The position numbers were made by a program, and so were the translations under genes. A stretch of 64,000 nucleotides of DNA from Octopus sinensis (taxonomy: Eukaryota): NCBI RefSeq assembly GCF_006345805.1, contig NW_021832378.1:1-64000 (forward strand), given 5' to 3'. Below, in pieces: positions 1 through 64,000 of the stretch. The notes under the pieces were generated by a model. That model was not told the origin of the DNA. It ran no database searches and was given only the letters and a program-made list of their open reading frames with translations. The stretch's first letter is position 1. Each line of letters opens with the position of its first letter.

Positions 1-500
1 CAGCAGCGAGTCATGGCCGCTGAGGGTGGAAGATATTAAACGACTAGAATCCTTTGACCACCTCTGTCTACGCCGCATCCTTCATGTCCGATGGCATCAC
101 TTTGTCTCCAACAATTTGGTGCGACACCAGTGCAAAATCACCTCCTTCCGACAAGTCATCCTAATGAGATGTTAGCATTGGCTGGGTTATGCCCTCCTTT
201 GTCAACCACGAGAATTCATCTACAAAGCATTGCTCCAGTTCCCCTTCAGGTTGGCGAAAGCGATGTGGTGGACAATGAAAAACCTGGCTGATGGCAGTCA
301 AGGCTGATCTGGAACCCAAACTAGGCCCCCATGTCTATGGCATTCGCCGCTGGAATAGGGAGTGGTTGGAGATCACACGGTTGTTTGCCTCAAATCGCCA
401 GGTCTGGTCTGCGTTTGTGAGAGATGCAGCATTGAGGATGAATGAAGCCAGCTCAACCCACCCTGGGTGAATGCTGTCTCAAGCAAGCAAACAAGAGAGT
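1..500 (+). mobile_element. RTE-clade LINE 3' end, decayed
   Basis: Frame 2 reads SESWPLRVEDIKRLESFDHLCLRRILHVRW...VSN with stops and a frameshift; (CAAG)n-like tail near 480-497. Confidence 0.75.
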
Positions 501-559
501 GTAATTTGGGGAATGATGGTTACTGTCAGCTTGATTTAATCCAGGTAGACATTTCGGTG

Positions 560-1200
560 CAGGCATAGCTGTGTGGTTAAGGAGTTTGTTTCCCACCGAC
601 ATTGGTTTCAGGTTCTGTCCTGCTGTGTGATACTTTGGGTGTCTTCTCCTATAGCCCTTCTTAATTAATTTGGTAGACAACAACTGAAAGAAGGCGGCGA
701 GCTGGCAGACTTGTTAGCGCGCCGGGCGAAATGCTTAGCAGTATTTTGTCTGTCGTTACGTTCTAAGTTCAAATTCCGCCGAGGTCGACTTTGCCTTTCA
801 TCCTTTCGGGGTCGATAAATAAAGTACCAGTTTCGCACTGGAGTCGGTGTAATCGACTTAATCCCTTTGTCTGTCCTTGTTTGTCCCTTCTATGTTTAGC
901 CCCTTCTGGGCAATAAAGAAAAAAAAAAAACAACTGAAAGAATCCCATTGTGTGTGTGTACATATGTTTATGTGAGTGTGTATATTTGTGTCTCCCTGTC
1001 TTAATATTAATTGATTACTGTAAATGACTGTCATTCATTTCCAATATTCTGCGAAAACATGTCTGGTCATGAGAAAATATTACTTTGCTTGGAAACATGT
1101 ATGGGTTGGCAACAGGAAGGGCAACCTAGCTGTAGAAAATCTACCTCAGTAAACTCTGTCCAACCTATGCAAACAAGGAAAAGTGGATGTTAAAACGATG
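560..1200 (+). mobile_element. tRNA-headed SINE (family A, ...ttgggcaagtgtcttctactatagcc... core) interrupted by a family B SINE
   Basis: Matches the intact copies at 32833-33235 and 47706-48150. Confidence 0.7.
693..929 (+). mobile_element. tRNA-headed SINE (family B) with 13-bp TSD ACAACTGAAAGAA
   Basis: TSD at 680-692 and 930-942; B-box-like GTTCAAATTCC; A-rich tail. Confidence 0.85.
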
Positions 1201-1419
1201 ACACTATATGCAGCAGTCATTAGGGATACCATATGATATATTAGTTTATAGAACTACTTGCTTGTATACGGGTCCAAGATTTAGCTCTCCTTCATGCAAT
1301 TCCTTGAAAATAGAACTGAACCCTAGTATTTATAAAACTGAGCTTTTAAAAACATTTATATATTTTAAGCATCTCTGTCAAAGCAAAAATATAATTATAC
1401 ATTTTTTTTCCTCATGTAG

Positions 1420-1482
1420 AAGATGATTTGTTCCAAGATAAGAAGCGGCACCGCATAGTCCAAAATAGCAGTAGTGAAGAAG
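1420..1482 (+). CDS. POLD3: POLD3 exon (DDLFQDKKRHRIVQNSSSEE)
   Basis: Polypyrimidine tract + AG at 1418-1419, donor GTATAG at 1483; phase 1-1. Confidence 0.8.
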
Positions 1483-1529
1483 GTATAGTTTATATTTTGT
1501 TTCTAATTGAAAGAAAAAAAACTGAATCT

Positions 1530-1571
<42 letters not shown>

Positions 1572-4500
1572 ATGACATATGTGTATGGTATGTTTGTTTG
1601 TTCCTTCTCGAGCCATGCCTGGCTCATAGGGCCGGTTTCCTTAGCGTATAGGTTCCCCATCTGGATGGGACGCCAGTCTATCGCAGGTGAGCTGCAAGAT
1701 GCAGGAGGAAAGAGTGAGAGAAAGTTGTGGCAAAATAGTCAGCAGAAGTTCACCATTCTGCTGGAGCCGCGTGGAGCTTAGGTGTTTCGCTCATAAACAC
1801 ACACATCGCCTGGTCTGAGATTCAAACCTGTGATCCCTCGACTACAAGTCTGCTGCTCTAACCACTAGGCCATGTGCCTCCACCATGTGTATGATATATA
1901 TATCATAATTTTTATGCCCACTTCCCCAGCAAATCTGTCTAACCTGTGCCAGTATGAAAAGGAAATGTGAAAATTATATCATCATATCTTTTTTCCTTAC
2001 TTGCATGAGTCAAATGGAATTTGTTGCAGCAGATTTTCTGTGGCTGGATGCCTCTCCTGTCACTGACACTTCTTTCCAAATTGCTGAATATCTGTCTGTA
2101 GATGAAGAGTAAGAGAAATAGATGAAAGCATCTAGTAATTATATCTACCTTGCTAATGGCAAAAGTAGAATCAGTGTTTACTGCATTAATAGTTTAGCAA
2201 CTTAATCTTCTCTGACATTTCTCTAATCATTGCACTTAGTTCATTCATATCTGCTCATTTTGAATTGAATCTCAAATGTATTTATTCTTAGAAATGGAAC
2301 CAGAGGAACCACTTCCAAGTCCACCTAGTCCAGAGATGATGCCCACTGATGCTGATATCAAGGATGACGCAAGGGAAGAAGGTTCAGCTGTAGAAAATGG
2401 CAGTAAGCAAAACACTGAAGAAACAGCAGCAAGAGAAACAGAATCTAGAATTGTCGTTAATAAAGATGGAAAACGAAGGAAACGGATAAAAAGACAGAAA
2501 AACAAGAGGTTTTTGGATGATGAAGGTTTTATGGGTCTGTATTTTTTTGGTTTTTCTTACTTTGAAGAATGTGATTTTTCTGTATATATGTGCAGGTATG
2601 ACTGTTGTTAAGAAATTTGCTTTGCAACTAAATGGTTTTCGGTTCAGTCCCACTATGCATCACCCTGGGTTTATGTCTTCTATATTAACTGCAGTCCAAC
2701 CGATGCCTTGTGAGTGAATTTATTGGGTGGTAACTGTGTCTTTGTATGTGTATGTGTCTTTGTGGTTGTCCCCTCATTGATTCAGTTACTGTTTATGTAG
2801 GTCCCTTAAACTTAGCAGTTTGGCAAAAGAGATGAACAGACTAAGTAGCAGACTTAAAAAAGTAAATAGTAGGGGTCAGTTTGTTTGACTAAACCCTTCA
2901 AGGTGCTGCCTTGGCTGGGCTGCAGTCCAGTGACTAAAAGATAAAAGGTATATTCTTTCCTGTGGAATTCCTTTGCCATTACCCCTAATGCCGTTTATGT
3001 CTTGTACAAAAATATTACCTTATTAGTAACTGTTTACTGTTTTGATGTTAATGATTGAATTGGCAGAATCATTAAGCACAGGTATACCTGCGTGCTTCAG
3101 AAGTTTGATTCCCAACCACATGGTTACAAGTTCAGTCCCAGGCTGACCAAAGTCTTGTGAGTGGGTTTGGTAGATGGAAACTGAAAGATTCCCTTTATAT
3201 GTGTGTGTGTGTTTCGTAGTCATCTGATATGATAGTTGTAAATGGATGTCATTGTCATATCAATGTAATATAAGCAATGTCGTTCATTTCCAATATTCTG
3301 CAAAATCTTGTCCAGCCATGGAGAAATATAACCTTTCTTGGAAACATGTGAGGGTTGGGAACAGGAAAGGTACCTGACCATAGAAAATCTGCTTCATTAA
3401 ACTCTGTTTCAGTGGTGCAAGTATGGAAAAACTAGATGTTAAAATGAGGATAATTATATCATTGATGAATTAATGTGTCTGGAAATATGTTGGGCAATAT
3501 TTGTTCTGAGTTCAAATCTTGCCAAAGTCAATTTTGCTTTTTCTCTCTCTCTCTCCGTGGTTGATATATATTACTTTATTACCCACAAGGGGCTAACCAC
3601 AGAGGTGACAAACAAGGACAGACAAATGGATTAAGTCGATTATATCGACCCCAGTGCGTAACTGGTACTTAATTTATCGACCCCGAAAAGATGAAAGGCA
3701 AAGTCGACCTCAGCGGAATTTGAACTCAGAACGTAATGGCAGACGAAATACGGCTACGCATTTCGCCCAGCTTGCTAACGTTTCTGTCAGCTCGTCACCT
3801 TTCCGTAGTTGATATAATCAACTGTACTCTTCCTGCTGAATTTCTGGCTGTGTACCGAATTTAGGATAATCATTTTAGTTGGTGTTGATGCTTTTGAAAT
3901 GTCAAACATTCATTTGAAAGAGAAAGCAATGAGAAGAGTTGACAGTATATCTTTATTAAGCTGTTAATGTCAGAACAAAATTTTATGGTTCTAATCAAAC
4001 AGAATCTAACAAAACTGATACCTCAACAAATATTCTCCTCTAAAGATTTAGTGAATGAAACAAATTTGTACCATCGTCTTCTACTATGTAACTGCTGATA
4101 TAAAAAATGTGAATTTACATTAAATACGACGACCATTTACTGTCAGAAATTGAGCAGTAACCGTCACTATTTTATTGAAATGTTATTTCAAATTATTTCA
4201 GTAAAATAGGTGATGGTGACCATGGGGCAGCTTATAACATGTTTCTGCCTCATAAATATTTTTTTTTTAATTCTCTTGGCTCTGCAGTGTTAATTTGCAT
4301 GAAAGATAAAGTGGTTTTGACATGTGAGTGTCAGTTAATGTATGCAAGAAATATAACTGTCGATGCCAGCGCCGCCTTGACTGGCTTCCGTGCCGGTGGC
4401 ACGTAAAAAGCACCAATCCGATCGTGGCCGTTGCCAGCCTCGCCTAGCACCTGTGCTGGTGGCATGTAAAAAGCACCCACTACACTCACGGAGTGGTTGG

Positions 4501-7500
4501 CGTTAGGAAGGGCATCCAGCTGTAGAAACACTGCCAGATCAGACTGGAGCCTGGTGCAGCCTTCTGGCTTCCCAGATCCCCGGTCGAACCGTCTAACCCA
4601 TGGTAGCATGGAGAACGTTAAACGATGATGATGATGATGAAGGACTGCAAAGGCTGAGTGAAATTGCAGCATGGCTGTGTGGTAATAAGCTTGCTTCCCA
4701 ACCACATAGTTTCAGGTTCAGTTCCATTGCATGGCACCTTGGGCCTCTACTACAGCCTTGGGCTATAGCAGTGCATTGAGTGTATTGACTCTGGTCAAAT
4801 TTCAGGATTTTGGACTTCACTGATGAGATGTTACAGTATTGAGAAAAGTGTTATGGTTGTACTAGATTTGTCCAACCAATGCCAGTACAAGAAGTTCCTG
4901 CAAGCATGATTTTAATGAGAATATTTGTTAATGATTGTTCATCTTGTTTAATAACAATCTTTACTACTGATTTTACGTTCTGTTGGCAGTACAGTGCCTT
5001 GACATTACAGGTATCTCAGGCTTCATTAGTATTTGATAACACCTGTAACATATCCTAAATATTTGACCAAATCTCTTCTAAAGCTCACTTTAAATTTTCA
5101 CCATACAATCTGACTACTTGATCACTATTTGGTTGCTATTTTTTGCAAGTTGATAGGTAAAATTTCTCTGTCACACCTTTTTAGATCACTAACTTACTGA
5201 TGATACTATTCATAATAAAACTGAATGTCTTTTATGGTAGCAAAATGAACTGAATATACAGTATACAGAATTAAATGTCCTGACAAAAGTTGGAATGAAA
5301 TACCAGCATCTAATATCATCTCATAATCCACAAGCCGGTAGTTTAATACCTTGTTCATTGGCCATTTCATTGTAATAAAAAATCTTTATCTCTTAGCTCA
5401 TCTTACTTTGCAAAAATGTATATTCATTGTTGTTGTTAGAAACATGAAACTCAGATTGAGTTCTGCAAAATGTAAGCTTAGCAATGCATTTTTATGATCA
5501 TGTTGCTAAAGATTTTCAAATTACTATTAATTACTATTAATAAATTTAATTTAATTTATTGTTTCAGTGACAAAGAAAGTTATGGTCAGTGACTCAACTG
5601 ATGTCTCTGATGAGGAAACAGAAAAAAACTCTAAACCTCCAACAACAGCTGCACCTCTTGTACTGTCAGCTGCTCAGGTGAGTGTTGTCTTAACTTTACA
5701 ACTCATAAAGTTGGTTTGAATTCATGTTAATTCATCATTGGAGTACGTAAGGTGTTTTATTTCTTGAGTTCAGTATTGATTACTGTAATTTAAGTGCTGC
5801 TTCTAACAACAGTTATATCATAAATTTAATGTTACCATGGGTTTTCATTGCAAAATTTTAATGACTAGTGACATGGACCTTTGGAAATATGCTGTGCTTG
5901 AGAAGACTTGGCAAGCCAAGTGAGACCATAACCTCGTGGCCTATGCCAGGGGTGTAACCAGCCCACTTATGCGTACCTTTCTTTCATTGGACACTAAACT
6001 CTGCATGCGAACACCTGTTGAGGCAAGTGAAATCGAAATCAAATTCAATGAGTGGCATCTGTGCTAGTGGAGCACTAAGAGTACCATCCGAGCGTGATCG
6101 TTGCCAGAACAACAAACTGGCTTCTGTGTTGGTGGCACGTAAAAAGCACCATTCGAGCGTGACCATTACCTGTGTCGCCTTACTGGCACTTGTGCTGGTG
6201 GCTCGTGAAAAAAACATTCAAGCGAGGTCGTTGGCTGAACTGTTACAGTACAAGGATGTACACCAACACCAGTTGTCAAGTGATTGGTGGGGACAAACAC
6301 ACACACACACCTATGAATGGCTTCTTTCAGTTTCCATTTACCAAGACACTTGTGCAAGATGCCACACAGTGGGACTGAACCCAGAACCATGTGGTCGAGC
6401 AGCAAGCTTCTTACCTCACAGTCAAGCCTGCACCAACGATGCTTAAGTTACTTGTTGCCTTAAGCTTCTAAAGATGTGTGTAATATAAAAAAATCACTTA
6501 CTTGAAAAACTGGTGAGTGTTGATGATAGGAACAGCATCCAGCTGCAAAACCCTGTCTCAAATAAGTCCCTGCCCAGTCCATACTAACATGGAAAAATGG
6601 ACATTAAATGAACAAGCTGTATGTAGTAGTACTAGAGTTTCTCAAAACATCTATAAACAACTGCTCTTTGTAGCAAGGTTTTCATCAGTTTGCAGGTGAA
6701 CTTCCATCGGTTTGAAGCAAGTTCAGATTCCCTACTAACTTTTGCTTAAATTCTATGTTAAAAAAAATGGTTTGAAATAATTCTTTTTATTGTATCAGTT
6801 CGACTCTAATAAAGCAGATTTTATCATAAAAGACATTGTAGCTGTTACCATGCCATCTTTATAAGGCAAACTTAAGATGATGTTACCTAATGCATCTCTA
6901 CTTAAAAAAGCAGGGTTTTATTTTTTGTTTTATGACGAATGACCAAGACCTTTGGTGTTATGCTGTGCTTGAGAAGAAGAGCCATCAAGCCAAGTAAAAT
7001 TGCAGTTGTGGCAGATACTGGTGTCATGCAAATGGCACGTAAAAGCACCCATTACACTCTCAGAGTGGCTGGCATTAGGAAGGGCATCCAGCCATAGAAA
7101 CCTTGCCAAATCAGACTGGAGTCTGGTTCTGCCTTCCAGCTTAACAGCCCTGGTCAAATCGTCTAACCCATGTCAGCATGGACAGTGGACGATAAATGAT
7201 GATGATGATGATGATGAGGGAAAGCTTTCTTTCTTGACTGAAAGATAAAAAATGACACAAGACCTCCACGACTAGCAGAAAGGAGGAGTGTATCTTCAAA
7301 CCAAGCCATTTCAATCCAGAGTGGTACAGTAATCTCAGCAAACCAGTATGATCTCGAGTTCAAATTCACGGCCTCCACATCAGACCGTGGTCGGTGGAGA
7401 GAACATGCTGAGATCTTTGTCCTGCAGTGGACTGGTCACAGGCAATCCAATCCAATCTAAAGGCACTTAACATGTCAGTCGATTGTGTTAAACTGGGCGA

Positions 7501-7810
7501 TGAGTTAAGTCTACTACCTAGGTGAGATTTGAACTCAGAATGCAAAGAGTCAGAACAAATATCACAAGGCGTCCATTCTTACAGTTCCACCAAACCACCA
7601 TTTTGCATTGGTATCTTTTTTTATCATTCTGAAAGGATAAAAGTCAAAATTGACCTCAAGTTGTTTTTGTGTTGTTTTTACCTCCATATGTATACTGTTA
7701 TTTATTCTTCTTCTTATTTTTAGCTCAAGAAACCTGTCTCGAAAACAAGTGTTCCTGATAAAGGACAGAAGAAGCAGTCATCCTTGATGTCATTTTTCAA
7801 CAAAAAATAA
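1420..7810 (+). CDS. POLD3: DNA polymerase delta subunit 3 (p66/Cdc27), last four coding exons; 5' part outside window
   Basis: GT-AG exons 1420-1482, 2292-2534, 5568-5677 and 7724-7810 join in frame (phases 1,1,0): EDDLFQDKKRHRIVQNSSSEEEMEPEEPLPSPPSP...KRRKRIKRQKNKRFLDDEGFMVTKKVMVSDSTDVSDEE...KKQSSLMSFFNKK*. The basic patch + FLDDEGFMVT motif and the terminal PIP box match the known POLD3 C-terminus. Confidence 0.9.
1591..1883 (-). mobile_element. tRNA-headed SINE (family C head+core, tail variant 1)
   Basis: Reverse complement shares head and core with 10247-10460 but has a different tail ending in (CAAA)n. Confidence 0.7.
2292..2534 (+). CDS. POLD3: POLD3 exon (Pro/acidic region, NLS-like KRRKRIKR, FLDDEGFM)
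   Basis: AG at 2290-2291, donor GTCTGT at 2535; overlaps ORF 2276..2611. Confidence 0.9.
3569..3801 (-). mobile_element. SINE family B with 15-bp TSD (1 mismatch)
   Basis: TCCGTRGTTGATATA at 3554-3568 and 3802-3816. Confidence 0.85.
4350..4640 (+). mobile_element. RTE-tail-type short retroposon ending in (GAT)n
   Basis: ...ggcgttaggaagggcatccagctgtagaaac...cgttaaacgatgatgatg; similar copies at 6920-7220 (+), 13390-14040 (-) and 40870-41435 (+). Confidence 0.75.
5568..5677 (+). CDS. POLD3: POLD3 penultimate coding exon (VTKKVMVSDSTDVSDEE...AAQ)
   Basis: TTTCAG acceptor, GTGAGT donor at 5678; phase 1-0. Confidence 0.9.
7724..7810 (+). CDS. POLD3: POLD3 terminal coding exon with PCNA-interacting PIP box (7775-7798)
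   Basis: TTTTTAG acceptor; LKKPVSKTSVPDKGQKKQSSLMSFFNKK-TAA; fits Q-x-x-L-x-x-F-F. Confidence 0.92.
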   Translation, partial: LKKPVSKTSVPDKGQKKQSSLMSFFNKK

Positions 7811-7974
7811 ATACATTGTTCAGTATTTTACCTTTAATATTTTCCTTAATATCTTTACTGGCCTTATCACTAATTCAGCAGTTTTATTGTATAAAACAGT
7901 TCATAAATTAAGAAAACATGTACAGCTGAAATGGAGATATCAAAGAATACTGTGAACATTATTTTTGACTGAAT

Positions 7975-7983
7975 TTTATTAAA
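7975..7983. terminator. Overlapping candidate poly(A) signals: ATTAAA (+, 7978-7983) and AATAAA (-, 7975-7980)
   Basis: Sequence TTTATTAAA lies near the midpoint between the two stop codons; use is not demonstrated. Confidence 0.4.
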
Positions 7984-8196
7984 TTTTTCTTTTTACAAAA
8001 TATCAGTTTTCTCTTTTGATTATTTTTCATGACATTTCTAAGAACATTTTCCAGTTATGGCTTGGTGAAATCAATGGAGCTATTGTTTTATTCTCTTTGT
8101 TCATTTTCGATTTTATGAGGAGGTTACTTTGTTTACAAGACATTGCAGTGTAGTTAGTAGCTGAATAGTTACAATTGTTAGCATTTATTTGTGTTC

Positions 8197-62279
<54,083 letters not shown>

Positions 62280-63909
62280 CTGGAAAAGAAGTTGTATGCA
62301 TGTAAAATTAATTTTTTGAAAAATTAGCCTCATTTAGGAGGGGAAAAAATAGTGGATTCAATCTATCTCAGAATATGTCTGTCACATTTCAGCAATCTCA
62401 AAGTGAGAAAAATCAAAGTCAATTTGAAAGAGATTTGAAATCAAAATACAGAAACCGAATGTTGTGAAACCGAATGTTGTGAACCACTCAGTCTGATACT
62501 TTGATGTACTAATTAAGGAAAATATTGATTTTTAATATAACCAGAGAACCCCATCATTTAGGGAATGGTATAAATTAACCTAGCCCAGTGTTTTGTCTGT
62601 ACTGATTTTATAGACCTCAGATAAGAGAAGATAAATTTGATCCCAGTGAAATTAGAACTCAGAACATAAAACGACATAGATAAATGGCCAAAAGGGATTT
62701 TTCTGTTTATCTATTAATTCCATTGGCTTTTCACTCACATGTGGGAGGATTGCCCTTCTTATACTTATATTCATTTATATGTTGGTATGGCTGAGCGGTT
62801 GCAAAATTTACTTACTAACCATGTGGTTTTGGATTCAGTTCCACTGTGTGGCACCCTAAATTAGTATCTTTTATTATGGCCCAGGGTTAACCAATGCCTT
62901 GTGAATGGATTTTGAAAATGGAAACTGAAACAACTATTATATGTATAAATATGTGTGTGTGTGAGTGAATATGTATGTGTGAGTGAATGTGTGTGTGTGT
63001 GAATGTGTGTGTGTGTGTGTGTGTGGAGGGTGGTGTTTGTGGCTCCTTGTCTTGGCATCATGTTATAGATGTATTGATAAATGAGTGTCATCATCATATA
63101 AGCAGTGGCCATCATTTTCAATCTGCCATGAAAACATGTTTGCCAAGAAGGACTAAGACCTTGCTTGGAAACAGTTAAGGAGTGGCAACTATAAAGAGCA
63201 TCTGGTTTTAGAAAATCTGTCTCATAATATTTCTCCTGACCCAGACTATAAGAGGAAAGAGGACATTAACACAATGATGATGATATGGATGATGACATGC
63301 ATTTGTATATTTTGTGTTTTTAATTTATCTGATAGTCATAATGTTTTTAATATGTATTAATAGGACGTTTTACCTCACCCCTCATTTTGATCTAAGTGTG
63401 TATATCACTAAATTTCTTGTAATCCCTTTTGTAACATGTTGTGTTGAATGGATGGGTCAGTCTTGCAAGTAGAGAGGCAAAATCAGTATTATTATTCTTG
63501 ATGGAATCATTAGCAGATTGGACAAAATGTTATGAATTTCTAAGTTCAAATCACTCCAAGATCGACTTCAATTTTTCTGTGTTAATGAAATAAAGAACTG
63601 GGGTCAAGGCAATCAACTGTGTATCACCCCATCTCTCTTTGAAAAGAAAAATTCTGATTATATACTTATGTTAGAAACAATTATTATTTGATAATAATCA
63701 GATAAGTATTTTGAAGCTCTGGTATATTTCGTTTAGAAATAGATTTTGAAGTTTTTTTTTTTGTTTGTTTCCTCTGTACTTATTCTAAGTCTGGTCTCTT
63801 TTGCTAAACTGCCAGCTAGGGATGGAGAAACACAAACACAAAGGCACACACACACATGCAAGGGGTTCTACACAGTTTCCATCTACCAAATTCACTCACA
63901 GGATATTCT

Positions 63910-64000
63910 TGAAGCACTCCGTCGGTTACAACGACGAGGGTTCCGGTTGATCCGAATCAACGGAACAGCCTGCTCGTGAAATTAACGTGTAAGTGGCTGA
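63910..64000 (-). mobile_element. 3' tail of SINE family C (continues beyond window)
   Basis: Reverse complement of about 10540-10628. Confidence 0.85.

Noticed and set aside
4812-4850. CTGATGA...GAAA on the plus strand in a POLD3 intron
   Set aside because: Stem II and the cleavage-site geometry do not form

Overview
AT-rich, microsatellite- and transposon-dense animal genomic DNA. The SINE/LINE repertoire and (TA)n load suggest an octopus-like cephalopod (inference). Two spliced genes converge tail-to-tail. (1) Plus strand: the last four coding exons of POLD3 (DNA polymerase delta p66), at 1420-1482, 2292-2534, 5568-5677 and 7724-7810, ending in a PIP box QSSLMSFF. (2) Minus strand: 19 phase-compatible coding exons (62279 down to 8197, about 803 aa, 5' end beyond the window) of a mosaic trypsin-like protease, LDLa-LDLa-(Thr-rich)-LDLa-PAN-LDLa-SRCR-LDLa-SRCR-(Thr-rich)-trypsin, with an intact His/Asp/Ser triad (Tequila/GRAAL/neurotrypsin-like). 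Only 386 bp separate the two stop codons, and an overlapping two-way poly(A) signal sits in the gap. The introns hold decayed hAT, mariner/Tc1, piggyBac-type MITE, Gypsy, RTE, Tx1-like, Penelope-like and REL-type retroelement remnants plus several SINE families. The most notable non-coding observations are five minimal hammerhead-ribozyme-like motifs at Penelope-like ends (three in the sense of the protease pre-mRNA), a 217-bp near-perfect palindrome next to the catalytic-His exon, and a repeated pseudoknot-like unit in RTE-type tails. Most ORFs in the supplied track are spurious. All annotations were made by eye and TE boundaries are approximate.
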